Assembly (NCBI GenBank): GCA_963769025.1
Contig: CAVYKI010000002.1
Location: forward strand, 128,001-192,000
Source of the DNA: an uncultured Verrucomicrobiae bacterium
GTDB lineage: Bacteria > Verrucomicrobiota > Verrucomicrobiia > Chthoniobacterales > Chthoniobacteraceae
DNA: 64,000 nt
Reading direction: 5' to 3'
Shown here piece by piece: positions 23,205-35,194 of the stretch. The notes below the pieces were generated by a model that did not search any database, was not told the DNA's origin, and saw nothing but the letters and a program-made list of their open reading frames with translations. Each line of letters opens with the position of its first letter. The first letter of the stretch is position 1. Both the position numbers and the translations under genes were made by a program.

Positions 23205-23480
23205 TCAGCGCTCGAAGACGAACCGAAGGAATCCGATGAGCGGCGGGCCAGGATGCGGCGGCGGTGGCATGGGCCGGGCGTGGCGCGGTGGGACGAAGTG
23301 CGGATGATGATGTCGCGGAGGAGGCATGGGCCGGCGCTCGAAGTGGGGCGGCGGCGGTCCGAATTCCCCGCCGTAGAAATGGCCGCCGGGAGGCGGACCC
23401 ATGGGGGGCTGCGCATGCGCGGTGAGGGCGCCGGCAGCGAAGGTGAGTGCGATGGTCGTGGCTGCGAGGAGTGTTTTCAT
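23205..23480 (-). CDS. Small secreted Pro/His-rich protein
   Basis: Signal peptide MKTLLAATTIALTFAAGALTAHA followed by PPPP/HHH low-complexity region. Confidence 0.65.
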   Translation of the reverse strand: MKTLLAATTIALTFAAGALTAHAQPPMGPPPGGHFYGGEFGPPPPHFERRPMPPPRHHHPHFVPPRHARPMPPPPHPGPPLIGFLRFVFER

Positions 23481-23627
23481 TGCTACAGATTTCGACGGCT
23501 GCCAACGTGGCGTTATTCAAAGGGACCGGCGGCATTTGCGAAACCGCATCGTGCGAAGGCTGCGAGGCGTCGGAAATTGGCGCTGGAGCGACGCTTTTTC
23601 GCGGCTATTATTCAAAGAATCTCCTTC

Positions 23628-26600
23628 ATGACCCCCTCCGCCTTCTCCCTCGGAAAATCGGCCCCGCGGCCGATTACTCAACTCCCGGCACTGTTGCTTC
23701 CGTTGCTTGTGTTCTATGCAGCAGGCGCGGCGCTCGCGCAGGAAATCACGAAGGAGCAGGCCGAGTTCTTCGAGTTGAAAATCCAACCCGTCCTCGCGGA
23801 CACCTGCTACCGCTGCCACAGCGCCGATGCAGGCAAGAGCAAGGGCGGGCTCATGCTCGACTCGCGAGACGCAATGCTGAAGGGTGGCGACACCGGTCCG
23901 GCCGTCGCGCCGGGCGATCCCGAAAAATCGCTGCTCATCAAGGCCATCACGTACGTCGATCCCGATCTCCAGATGCCTCCTTCGAGCGCCGGCGGAAAGC
24001 TGAGCGACGCCCAGATCGCGGATCTCAACACGTGGGTGAAGATGGGCGCGCCAGTCCCGGCGAACGCCACGGCGGTGAAGACCAAGCTCAGCGGCATGAC
24101 CGACAAGGCGAAGGGCCATTGGTCCTATCAGCCCGTGAAGAACCCGAAGGTGCCCATCAACAAAAACCAGCAGTGGTGCCGCACGCCGGTGGATTGTTTC
24201 ATCCTGCAGAAAATCGAGGCTGCAGGGATGCTCCCGTCGCCGGATGCGGCGCAGGAGACGCCCGAGATACTGCTGCGGCGCGGCTACTACGATCTCACCG
24301 GGCTTCCCCCTGGCCCCGCGGAGATCGAGGCGTTTGTCGCCGACTATAAGCGCGACCACGCCGGGGCATGGGCCCGCGTGGTGGACCGGCTCCTCGCTTC
24401 GCCTCACTACGGCGAACGCTGGGGCCGCCACTGGCTCGACACCGCGCGCTACAGCGACACTGCGGGAGAAAATGTGAACGGCACCGAGTACCGCTACGCG
24501 CACGCGTGGACGTATCGCGACTGGGTGATCAACGCGCTGAACGCCGACATGCCTTACGACCAGTTCCTGACGCATCAGCTCGCGGCGGATCTTTTGCCAA
24601 AGGAGCAGCAGGGCTACAACAGCGCGAACCTCGCGGCGCTTGGATTCATCACGGTCGGCGAGCGCTTTGGAAATCCAAACGATCTCATCAACGAGCGCAT
24701 CGACACCGTCAGCAAGGCGATGCTCGCGATGACCGTCTCGTGCGCGCGCTGCCACGACCACATGTTCGACCCGATCTCGCAGAAGGACTACTACGCGCTG
24801 CACGGCGTCTTTTCGAGCATCACGGAGCCAAGCGTGAAGCCGCTCATCGGCGCGCTGCCGCAGGCGGACCTGCTGGCCGACTACTCCAAAAAGGAGGACG
24901 GCGTGAAAAAGGAGATTCGTGATTCGTACTACGAGTCCATCGGGCATTTCAACCAGACCTTCCGTCTGAAGGCGCCGCTCTATTTTGAACTGCTCACGCT
25001 CTCCCGCGAAAGGACGGGCGGCTTGGGGACGGACTCGCCCTACAACGCATTCCGCGCGGCCAACAAGCTCGACGACGAACTCGCGCGCCGTGTCGAGGCG
25101 CGCGTACGGAAGAAGGACGACAGCGTCTTTGGCCCGCTGGCGGTTTTGTCCGCGCTGAAGGCCGATGAATTTGCCGCGAAGTCGCCGGCCATCATCGCGC
25201 AAGTCCAGGCCGGCCTGCTGCCGGACGCGGCGAAAAAGCCCGTCAACCGTCTCGTCGCCGCCGCATTCCGCGCAGCGAAGCCGAACTCGCTCAGGTCCAT
25301 CAAGGACGTCTGGCAGCTCTACGACAATGCATTCGCGACGGTCGCGCCGAAGTCCGCGATCTGGCTCGACGAAATGGCCGTCAGCTCCAGCGACACCGTG
25401 CCGGGCGTCGATGCCGCGATGGCGGAACTGCTCCAGATTCCCTTCGAGGTGAAGCCCGGCGGTTCGCTTTCGATCGCCGACTTCCGCCAGCTCATCGACC
25501 GCCTCCCGAACAACCGCAAGCGAGGCGCGGAGGGAGCACTCGTGAAGCTCAACGAACTCCAGCTCACGCATCCCGGCTCCCCGTCGTACGCGATGGTCGT
25601 CGCCGACAAACCGCAGCCGCAGAATTCGCCCGTCTTCATCCGCGGCCAGGCGAACACCCGCGGCGAGATGGTCCCGCGCCGCTTCCTCGACGTGCTTTCG
25701 CCCACGGGCAAAGGCGTGGTGTTCACGCAGGGCAGCGGACGCCTCGAACTCGCTCGCTGCATCGCCGACAAGAACAACCCGCGCACCGCACGCGTGATGG
25801 TGAACCGCGTGTGGATGCACCACTTCGGCGAAGGGCTCGTGTCCACGCCCGACGATCTCGGCATGATGGCGGAGGCACCGACGCATCCCGAGTTGCTCGA
25901 TTACCTCACGCATTACTTCACTGAGAATGGCTGGAGCCTGAAGAAGCTCCACCGGCTCATCATGCTCTCGCGCGTCTATCAGGAGAGCAGCCACGTCATC
26001 GACGAATACCAGGACAAGGACCCGTACAACCGCCTGCTCTGGCGCGCGAATGTGCGGCGGCTCGACTTCGAGTCCGTGCGCGACTCGCTGCTCGTGATGA
26101 GCGGCCAGCTCGATCGCACCATCGGCGGCAAGTCCGTGAACGTCACCGAGGAACCTTACAGCTACCGGCGCTCCGTGTACGGCTACGTGGACCGCGGCAA
26201 CCTGCCCGAGCTCATGTCGCACTTCGATTTTGCCAAGCCCGAGATGGCGAACTCCAAGCGCACCGCGACCATCGTCCCGCAGCAGGCGCTCTTTTTGATG
26301 AACAGCCCGATGTCCGTGGACGTCACGCGCCGCATCGTGAACCGCCCCGAGTTTACCGGCGCCCGCGACGATCTCGGCAGAATTTCCGCGCTTTACCGCA
26401 TCATCTTCCAGCGGATGCCGAGGCCGGATGAATACAAGATGGGCCTCGCATTCGTGCAGGTCGAATCGCAGGACTGGTCCGCAAACAATTTCGCTGCGAA
26501 AAACATCAAGCAGGGCGGGGGCAATCGCATGGATGGCCGCGCGACCATCAAGAACGACGGGTTCCGCGTCTCGCGCCGTCCGCTCAACCAGTGGGAAACC

Positions 26601-26648
26601 TACACGCAGGCGCTGCTCTTTTCGAACGAGGCGGCCTACGTGAATTGA
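23628..26648 (+). CDS. Planctomycete cytochrome c + DUF1549 (PSCyt2) + DUF1553 (PSD1) protein
   Basis: CYRCH heme motif, GGLMLDS, SPHYGERWGRHWLD.ARY, CARCHDH, PTHPELLDYL, RRSVY, PQQALFLMN. Confidence 0.93.
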   Translation: MTPSAFSLGKSAPRPITQLPALLLPLLVFYAAGAALAQEITKEQAEFFELKIQPVLADTCYRCHSADAGKSKGGLMLDSRDAMLKGGDTGPAVAPGDPEKSLLIKAITYVDPDLQMPPSSAGGKLSDAQIADLNTWVKMGAPVPANATAVKTKLSGMTDKAKGHWSYQPVKNPKVPINKNQQWCRTPVDCFILQKIEAAGMLPSPDAAQETPEILLRRGYYDLTGLPPGPAEIEAFVADYKRDHAGAWARVVDRLLASPHYGERWGRHWLDTARYSDTAGENVNGTEYRYAHAWTYRDWVINALNADMPYDQFLTHQLAADLLPKEQQGYNSANLAALGFITVGERFGNPNDLINERIDTVSKAMLAMTVSCARCHDHMFDPISQKDYYALHGVFSSITEPSVKPLIGALPQADLLADYSKKEDGVKKEIRDSYYESIGHFNQTFRLKAPLYFELLTLSRERTGGLGTDSPYNAFRAANKLDDELARRVEARVRKKDDSVFGPLAVLSALKADEFAAKSPAIIAQVQAGLLPDAAKKPVNRLVAAAFRAAKPNSLRSIKDVWQLYDNAFATVAPKSAIWLDEMAVSSSDTVPGVDAAMAELLQIPFEVKPGGSLSIADFRQLIDRLPNNRKRGAEGALVKLNELQLTHPGSPSYAMVVADKPQPQNSPVFIRGQANTRGEMVPRRFLDVLSPTGKGVVFTQGSGRLELARCIADKNNPRTARVMVNRVWMHHFGEGLVSTPDDLGMMAEAPTHPELLDYLTHYFTENGWSLKKLHRLIMLSRVYQESSHVIDEYQDKDPYNRLLWRANVRRLDFESVRDSLLVMSGQLDRTIGGKSVNVTEEPYSYRRSVYGYVDRGNLPELMSHFDFAKPEMANSKRTATIVPQQALFLMNSPMSVDVTRRIVNRPEFTGARDDLGRISALYRIIFQRMPRPDEYKMGLAFVQVESQDWSANNFAAKNIKQGGGNRMDGRATIKNDGFRVSRRPLNQWETYTQALLFSNEAAYVN

Positions 26649-26661
26649 GCCCCGCTGCCCC

Positions 26662-28663
26662 ATGAAATCGCCGGCGCTCGTCCTGTCTGCCGTCCTCGTC
26701 GTGGCATTGGGTGAAGCAACCATTGCCGCAGAACCCTTGCACTGGTCATTCGCGCCGGTGCGCAAGCCTGCCATTCCGGCGGTGAAAAATGGCGCGTGGC
26801 TCAAGGACGGGATCGACGTGTTCATCCTCGCGAAACTCGAAGCCGCCGGCATCGCACCAAATCCCGACGCCGACCGCGCGACGCTGCTGCGGCGCGCGAC
26901 CTTCGATCTCACGGGTCTGCCGCCGACGCCGGAGGAACTCGCAGCATTCGTGCGCGATCCGGCGCCGGACGACGCAGCATTTGCGAAGGTGGTGGATCGG
27001 CTGCTCGCGTCGCCGCGCTTTGGCGAGCGCTGGGCGCGGCACTGGCTCGATGTCGTGCGCTACGCCGACTCCGTGGGCCGCACGTGGAATTCGCCTTTCC
27101 TCTATGCGTGGCGCTACCGCGACTGGGTCATCGATTCGCTGAACGAGGACAAGCCGTTCAGCACGTTTCGCGAGCGAGCAGATCGCCGGCGACCTGCTGC
27201 CCGCGCGCACCGTCGCGGAGAAGCGCTCGCGCCTCACCGCCACCGGCCTGCTCGCGCTCGGCGCGCTGCCGTTGCAGGACAGCGGCGCGCTGACGTTCGC
27301 GCTCGATCGCGTGGATGATCAGATCGACGTGACGTCACGCGCCTTCCTCGGCCTCACGATGGCGTGCGCGCGCTGCCACGATCACAAGACCGACCCGATC
27401 TCGCAGCGCGACTACTACGCGCTCGCCGGGATTTTCTACAGCTCCGACACGCTCTCCGGTGGCCAGCGCGGCGTGTACGTGGACCCCGATCTGCACCAGC
27501 GCCTGCCCGTGGACAATACGCCGGTCGCGCAGGTCCTGTCCGCGCCGCGCGGCTCACGGCCCGCCGCTGCTTCCACCGGGCCGGACACGATGCAGATGGC
27601 GATGTCGAACGACAGCATCTCCCGCGGCGCGATGGCCGCGGACGGCCGCTACCGCGTGAACCCCAACCTCGCGATGGGCGTCATCGAGGGCGAAATTCAG
27701 GACTGCGCCATCCGCATCAAGGGCGAGGCCAACCAGCCCGGCGACACGCCGAAGCGCGGCGACATCCGCGTGCCCGGCCTGCCCGCGCTCCCGAAGATCG
27801 GCGAAAAGGAAAGCGGACGTCTCGCACTCGCGCAGTGGATCACCTCGCCAGCCAATCCGCTCACCGCGCGCGTCGCCGTGAACCGCATCTGGGCGCACCT
27901 CTTCGGCCGCGGCCTCGTGCGCACCGTGGACGACTTCGGCTTCACCGGCGAAGACCCCACGAATCCCGCGCTGCTCGATCATCTCGCGGTGCGCTTCGTC
28001 GAAGGCGGCTGGTCGGTGAAAAAACTCATCCGCGCGCTCATGCTCAGCCACACCTACCGGCAGGCCAGCACCACCGATCCCGAGCGTATGAAACGCGACG
28101 GCGCAAACGTCCTCTACTGGCGCATGAATCCGAAGCGGCTCGAATTCGAAGCCATCCGCGACACGATGCTCCTCGTCGGCGGACAGCTCGATTTCGCGCG
28201 CCCCGAAGGCATCCCGATCGCGGGCAACGGCGGCAAGGGCAACAAAGCCCGCACCCGCGCGACGCTCGACGAGCACTCGCCGTATCGCACCGTCTATCTC
28301 CCCGTGCTCCGCGATCTGCTGCCGGAAATCTACAAGACCTTCGACTTCCCCGAGCCCACGCAGATCATCGGACGCCGCGAAGTCACGACCGTCCCCGCGC
28401 AGGCGCTCTTTTTCATGAACAGCGAGTTCGCCGCGTCCTCCGCCAGCGCCGCCGCGGCCCGCATCCTCGACGACAAATCTCTCCGCGACGACGAAGCGCG
28501 CGTCCGCCGCGCATACGGCGTCCTGCTTGCTCGCGAGCCCGCACGCGAGGAGATTGCCGATGCCGCCGCATTCCTCGCCGGGGAAAAAGGATCGCCGTCC
28601 GCCGGCTGGACGTCGCTCGTGCAGTCGCTCATCGCCGGCACGGAATTCCGCTACGTCTGGTGA
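26662..28663 (+). CDS. DUF1549/DUF1553 protein without N-terminal cytochrome (frameshift near 27170)
   Basis: [48 protein letters not shown]. Confidence 0.9.
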
Positions 28664-28709
28664 TGCATGCTCGAAATTCACTATGCGCGACCGAGCGCGA
28701 TTTCGCCTG

Positions 28710-28848
28710 GGAGCGGCGACATTCCTGTCGCCGTCGAAGCCGATGCGCGAAGCGCCAAACTGATGCCGCTCACGTGCGCCACCACCTTGCCAGCAGGGTG
28801 TGCTGCTCCGCAGCTCGTTCGGGTCGGCGACAGGAATGTCGCCGCTCC
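28710..28848. repeat. REP doublet (REPIN-like), GGAG class
   Basis: Perfect 24-bp inverted repeat GGAGCGGCGACATTCCTGTCGCCG (28710-28733 / 28825-28848); each arm has hairpin GGCGACA-TTCC-TGTCGCC. Confidence 0.85.
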
Positions 28849-28946
28849 TTGCCGTCCCTGCCGGCAAAACCACGCCCGCATCTCACGGGCCTCGGGATGA
28901 CTCCCGATTTTGAAAGGAACTCCAATTCCATTCGCCTCCCACGCCC

Positions 28947-30322
28947 ATGAACAACTGCACCCACGCCGCTCCCATCCGCACCCGCCGCGACTTCCTGCGC
29001 ACGACCGGCGCGGGTTTCGGCTGGCTCGCATTCGCCGCATTGCAGGCCTCGCTCCAGGCCGCGGAAAAAGGCCGCTACGTCAGCCCGCTCGCACCGAAGC
29101 CCGGCCATCATCCGGCGACGGCGAAGCGCGTCATCTTCCTCTTCATGAATGGCGGGCCGAGCCATCTCGAAACTTTCGACTGGAAGCCCGAGCTGAAGAA
29201 AGTCCGGCCCCGGCGGACATCACCAACTCCTCGGCCCGGTGCTCGACTTCCAGCCCGCGGGAAAGAGCGGCCTCATGATCTCCGAGGCCTTCCCGAATCT
29301 CGCGCGCTGCGCCGACGACCTCTGCCTGCTCAATGGCATGACGACGAACAACCCCGGCCACCAGGCCGCCGTCGTCGCGCTGCACACCGGCAGCGAAAAT
29401 TTCGTCCGCCCCTCGATGGGCGCGTGGGTCACCTACGGCCTCGGCACGGAGAGCACGGACCTCCCCGGCTACGTCACCATCGATCCCATCGCCGACCTTG
29501 GCGGCGCGGGGAACTACGGCTCCGCATTTCTCCCCGCCAGCTACCAGGGCACGCGCCTCGGCTTCAGCGGACGCGGCCTGCCGAATCTCGACCCGCGCCT
29601 CGCCGACGACCGCCAGCGCAGGCAGATCGATTTCATCCAAAAGCTGAACCGCCGCACGCTCGCGCAGCGCGACCCGGCGAACCCCGAACTCGAAGGCGCC
29701 ATCGAGGCCCTCGAACTCGCCTACAAAATGCAGACCTCCGTCCCCGGCGTGCTCGACCTCGGCGACGAGCCCGCGCACATCCGCGCACTCTACGGCGCGG
29801 ACGACGCCGAGACCGCGCGCTTCGGCACGCAGTGCCTCATGGCCCGGCGGCTCGCGGAAAAAGGCGTGCGCTTCATCCAGCTCACGAGCACCGGCTGGGA
29901 CCACCACAACAACCTCCGCCAGGGCATCACCGGCCGCGCCGGCGCGATCGACAAACCCATCGCCGGCCTCATCGCCGACCTGCAAGCAGCGCGACATGCT
30001 CAAGGACACGCTCATCGTGTGGGGCGGCGAATTCGGCCGCGGCGCGCACGACGACAAGGGCGACGGCAACGGCCGCGGCCACAACACCAAGGGCTACTCC
30101 ATGTGGATGGCCGGCGGCGGCGTAAAAGGCGGCCTGCGCCACGGCGCCACCGACGAACTCGGCCAAGCCGCCGTGGATGGCAAGATGGACACGCACGATC
30201 TGCACGCCACGATCCTCCACCTCCTCGGCCTCGACCACGAAGCCCTCACCTACAACTACGCCGGCCGCGACTTCCGGCTGACGAATGTGTCGGGCAAGGT
30301 GGCGAAGAAGATCCTGCTCTGA
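28947..30322 (+). CDS. DUF1501 family protein with Tat signal (frameshifts near 29210 and 29985)
   Basis: [52 protein letters not shown]. Confidence 0.93.
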
Positions 30323-30356
30323 AGAATGCAGGCGGCGAGACGGCGGCGTTATCCAT

Positions 30357-30495
30357 GTAGCCGCCGAGGGAACGAGGCGGGCTGATTTTTGAATGCGGAG
30401 CGCGGATGGCGGAAATCGGAGAGGACGATGCAGCCAGCGGAAATCTTTCCGCGTTCCGAGTTCGAAAGTGCCCGCCTCGTTCCCTCGTCGGCTAC
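30357..30495. repeat. REP doublet (REPIN-like), GTAG class
   Basis: GTAGCCGCCGAGGGAACGAGGCGGG (30357-30381) and inverted copy 30471-30495 with one mismatch, between convergent genes. Confidence 0.85.
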
Positions 30496-30506
30496 GACTT
30501 GCGCCG

Positions 30507-32011
30507 CTACACGAGCAGCGAGCGGATGACTTCGCCATGCACGTCGGTCAGGCGGCGGTCGATGCCGTTGTGGCGGAAGGTGAGCTTCGTGTGGTCGATG
30601 CCGAGCAGGTGCAGGATCGTGGCGTGGATGTCGTAGCACCTGCGTGGGATTGTTCGCGGTCGAGCGGCTTGTAGCCCCACTCGTCGCTTTCGCCGTGCGT
30701 GATGCCGCCCTTGATGCCGCCGCCGCAGAGCCAGTTGGTGAAGACGAACGGATTGTGATCGCGCCCCTTGCCGCCTTGCGACGCACGGCATGCGGCCGAA
30801 TTCGGTCGTCCACAGGATGATCGTGTCGTCGAGCATGCCGCGCTGCTTCAGATCCTGGATGAACGCCGCGCAGCCGCGCGCCATGCCGAGCGCGAGCGGG
30901 CCGTGGTCGCGCGCGATGTCCTCGTGCGAATCCCAGTTGCGGCGCGGGAAGCCGTTGTCGTTGCCGCTCCAGATCTGCACGAAGCGCACGCCGCGCTCGA
31001 GCAGCCGGCGCGCGGCGAGGCATTTCTGCGCGAAGTGAAACGGTCTCCTCCTCGGCGTTGATTTCCTTCGCCCAAGTCTGCGGGCCGCGGTCGAGGCCGT
31101 AGAGCTTCAGCGACGTGCTCCGGCTCGGCCTTGAGGTTCGAGCGCCTCGGGCGCGGCGAGTTGCATCTTCGCGGCGAGTTCGTAGCTGCGGATGCGCGCA
31201 TCGAGCCGCGGGTCGCCCTCGCGCGCCGCCGCGTGCTCGCGGTTGAGCTCGGCCATGAGCTGCTGCGCCGCCGCCTCGCTCTTCGCGTTGACGAAGTCGC
31301 CGCTCTTGTGCGGAAAAAGATCCGCGATCGGCGTCTCCGCGCCGGGATAGATGATCGTGCCGCTGTGCTGCGACGGGCAGAAACGCGGAGTCCCAATTCT
31401 TCACGCCGTTCGAGCCGAAGCCGCGATGATCCGGCAGCACGACGAACGTCGGCAGATTGTCGTTCATCGAGCCGAGCCCGTAGCTCACCCAGCACCCCGC
31501 GCCGGGAAATCCGGGCAGCACGAAGCCCGTGGCCTGCAGCAGCGTCGCCGGGCGAGTGGACGCCGGACTTGCCGACGACGTTGTGGACGAACGCCATGTC
31601 GTCCACCACGCCGCCGAGCGGCGCGACGGTCTCGCTGAGCATCTTGCCGCGACTGCCCGTACGGCTTGAAATCCCACACCGGCTTCAGCCACGGCCCGAG
31701 CCCGTTCTGGAACGCCTCGACCGTGCTCGCCGAAATCGCTCGGCTGCCCGTGGCGCTTCACCAGCTCCGGCTTGTAGTCGAACAGATCGATGTGGCTCGC
31801 CGCGCCGGCCATGAAGAGCTGCACGACGCGCTTCGCCTTCGCCGGATGATGCAGCTTCCCGCCGAGCACTCCGCCGTCCCGCGAGCGCGTTTTCGCCGAG
31901 CATCGACGCGAGCGCGATGCCGCCAAGCCCGCCGCCGGAGCGCCAGAGGAACTCGCGGCGTGAAATCGCGGAACCCGGTTTGCGGCGATGAAAGGGCGAG
32001 TTGTTTTTCAT
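30507..32011 (-). CDS. DUF1501 family protein with Tat signal (many frameshifts)
   Basis: [56 protein letters not shown]. Confidence 0.9.
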
Positions 32012-32013
32012 GC

Positions 32014-35000
32014 TCAATCGACGAAGGCGAACTCGTTCAGGTTCAGCAGCACGCGGCAGAGGTTCGGCAGGCCGTTCGCCTTTGCAAAGGCGGTGAGCCG
32101 GTCGCGCTCCGCGGGAGTCGGCGCGCGGCCGAGGGCGAGATGGTGGGCGCGCTCGACTTGTGCGGCGAGGTCGGGCGCTTCGCGCTGCACGCGCTCGGCG
32201 AAGTGGCGGCGACTGCGTGAGCATGAAGCCGTTGTTCAGCAGCGCGAGGGCTTGCAGGGCGGAGAGGCTTTCGTTGCGCTTGTCCACGCGGATCGACGGG
32301 TCGGCGCAGTCGAGCGAGGTCATCCACGGCTGCGTCTGCGAGCGCACGATGAAGCGGTAGATCGAGCGCCGCCACGTCTTCGGGATCCTCGGGATTCGCG
32401 AGGCCGTATTCGTAGTGCGGCGAATGCTCGGGGTGCTCGATCACGAAGTCCTGCAAGCCCGGGCCGCCCATCGGTGAGGTCGAGCTTGCCGCTGACGGCG
32501 AGCACGGAGTCGCGCACGGCTTCGGCTTCGAGCTTGCGGCGATTCTGCCGCCAGAGCAGCGCGTTGCCGGCGTCGATCTTGCTCGGCGCGCTCGGCGATT
32601 GCGCCGCCGACGGCCTGCCGGTAGGTCGCGCTCGTCACGATCAGCCGGTGCAGCGTCTTGAGCGATCCGCCGCCGTCGCGGAACTCGGCGGCGAGCCAGT
32701 CGAGCAGTTCGGGATGCGACGGGCAGCGCGCCATTGCGGCCGAAGTCGTTCGGCGTCTCCACGAGGCCGCGGCCGAAGTGATACTGCCACACGCGGTTCA
32801 CGATGCTGCGCCAGGTGAGCGGGTTGCGCGGGTCGGTGATCCAGTGCGCGAGCGCCGCGCGGCGCTCGCCTTCCGGGGCGTCCGGTGCGAGGGAAAAGCG
32901 CGCGGGTGTGAAGGTGAGCGCGGAGAGGGTGCCGGCGGCGACTTCCCTGCCGGGTTGCGTGACTTCGCCGCGCGCGAGGAAGAAGATCGGACGCGGCTTG
33001 CCTCCGGTCGCGCCGGTGCCCGCGAAGCTGCCGCTGCCCGTGTGGATGCCGCCGGCATAGACGGCGTTCGGCGCCGGCAGCTTTTTCAGCTCGCCCGCGA
33101 TGCGCTGCGATTCTGCGAGAAGCGCGGCGCGTTTCGCCTTCGTCGCGTCGTCGGCGAAGCTGATGAGCAGCGCCTCGCGCTCCTGCACGAGCTTCTCCTT
33201 TTCGCCGGGCGATTGTGCGACGGGCGCGATGCCATCGGTGAGGTTGGCCTTTCGCCAGCGCGGCGGCGCTTCGATGGAATCGAGCGCGGTGACGGGCTTG
33301 CCCTGCGCGACATTTTTCCCGCTCGCGTCGGTGACCTGCAGTTCGGCGAGCGCGAAGATGAAGTCGTCCTTGCGCGGCGCGAGCTTCGTCGCGGTCACGC
33401 GGACGTAGCGGCCGGCGATGCCGTCGTCCTTTGCGCCTCCGGTGGTGAATGGCGCGAGCCCGGGATTCTCGAAGTCGGCCATGAACGTCGCGTCGTGGTG
33501 GCGCCAGAGCAGCGCGACGCCGGTCTTGAACTCCGGATCGTCGCTGGCCTCGACCTTGAAGCGCACGGGAAAGCCGAAGCCCGCGCCGATGGCGTTGAAG
33601 TCGTCGTAGCACGGGAGCAGCGTCACATTCTGGATCGACGGTGTGCTGGCCGAGGTCCACCTGCACCCACTTCACCGCGTCCTGCACTTTCGAGATCGCG
33701 CTGTGGTAGCCGAAGTCGGGACTCGTGTTGCCGAGCTTTTGCGCGGCGGCCTTCGATGCGCCGTCGATGCGCCGCGTGAGCGCGGCGAATTGCTCGCCCG
33801 CCTTTTTTCGCAGCGGCTCCTCGACGGCGGCGAGCGCGGCGTCCGCGGCGCGCTGCTGTTTCGTCAGCTCGGCGAAGCGCGCGTTGAGCGCGTCGTCGCG
33901 GTAGTATTTCCGGTCGGTGCGATCGAGCGCGGCGAAGACGGCCTGCAGGCGAGTAGTAGTCCTCCTGCGGGATGGGATCGAACTTGTGGTTGTGGCACTG
34001 CGCGCAGTGGACGGTCAGGCTGGTGAAGGTGCCCATCGTGTTCGCGACCATGTCGTCGCGGTCGAGGTGGCGCGCGATCTTGCCGTCGCGTCTTCGTCTC
34101 CGGCACTTCGACGTGGCCGATGAAGTCCCACGGCCCGGCGGCGATGAAGCCGAGCGCCTCGATGCCGTCGCGCGTGCCGGGAAAGAGCACGTCGCCGGCG
34201 ATCTGCTCCTGCACGAAGCGCGCGTACGGCTTGTCCTCGTTGAACGCGCGGATGACGTAGTCGCGATACGGCCAGGCGTTCGGGCGCGGCTTGTCCTTGT
34301 CGTAGCCGTGCGTGTCGCCGTAGTGGACGACGTCGAGCCAGTGCCGCGCCCAGCGTTCGCCGTAGCGCGGGGAGGCGAGCAGCTGGTCGACGAGCGACTC
34401 GAATGCGGCGTCGCGGATTGCGGATCGCGGATTGGACGAACGCCTCGACTTCCTCGGGCGTCGGCGGCAGGCCGATGAGGTCGAAGTAGAGGCGGCGGCA
34501 AAGCGTGCGGGCGATCGGCTTCCGGCGATGGCGCGAGGTTTTTCTCCGCGAGCTTCGCGCGGATGAAGGCGTCGATCGGCATTCGCGGACTGCGGGTTGC
34601 GCGATTGCGGGTTTCCGGCACCGCGGACCGCACGATGGGTTTCAGCGACCACCAGTCGAGCGGATCATGTCGTCGCGACTGCGCGCGATCGTCCGGCCAC
34701 ACAGCGCCCTGATCGATCCACGCGCGCAGCACGCCGACTTCCTCCGGGCGTGAGCCGTGCCTTGTCGCTCTTTTCGGCGGCATCAGCATGTCCTCATCGA
34801 GCCCGGCGACGAAACGGATCAGCGGGCTCTCCGCGCTCTTGCCGGGAACGATCGGCGGCGTCACCCGAGTCGCCGCCTTTCAGTGCGTCGTGTCCGGCGT
34901 CGAGGCGGTAGCCGCTCTTCTGCTTTTCCGGACCGTGGCATCCGATGCAGCGCTCCTGCAGCAGCGGGCGGACGTCGCGGAAAAAATCCACGGCGCGTTG

Positions 35001-35093
35001 AAGCGGCGGTGGCAACTCCGCATGGAGGCAGAAGGCTTCCGCGAGTGCGGCGAAATGGATCGCCGGCAGAATGAGGGAGCGCCTGATTCGCAT
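32014..35093 (-). CDS. Cytochrome c + DUF1549 + discoidin-like + DUF1553 protein (many frameshifts)
   Basis: [37 protein letters not shown]...GRYVRVTA (F5/8 type C-like), [18 protein letters not shown]. Confidence 0.88.
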
Positions 35094-35106
35094 GGTGGTG
35101 AGGGGT

Positions 35107-35194
35107 AGGGAAATCCGGCGGTGGCGGCTCTTGGGAATGAGCCCGGGAGGGAAACCTCCGGGCGGTGGCGGCTCTTTGGGTAATTGAGCCCGGG
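35107..35194. repeat. Imperfect tandem duplication (41 + 47 bp) in the leader of the DUF1553 gene
   Basis: AGGGAAA..CCGG(G)CGGTGGCGGCTCTT(T)GGG..AATT?GAGCCCGGG at 35107-35147 and 35148-35194. Confidence 0.8.

Noticed and set aside
23517..26912. Long antisense ORFs (e.g. 23517-26912, 52910-55777, 9579-11225, 41612-43240)
   Set aside because: Shadow frames of high-GC genes on the opposite strand; no recognisable motifs.
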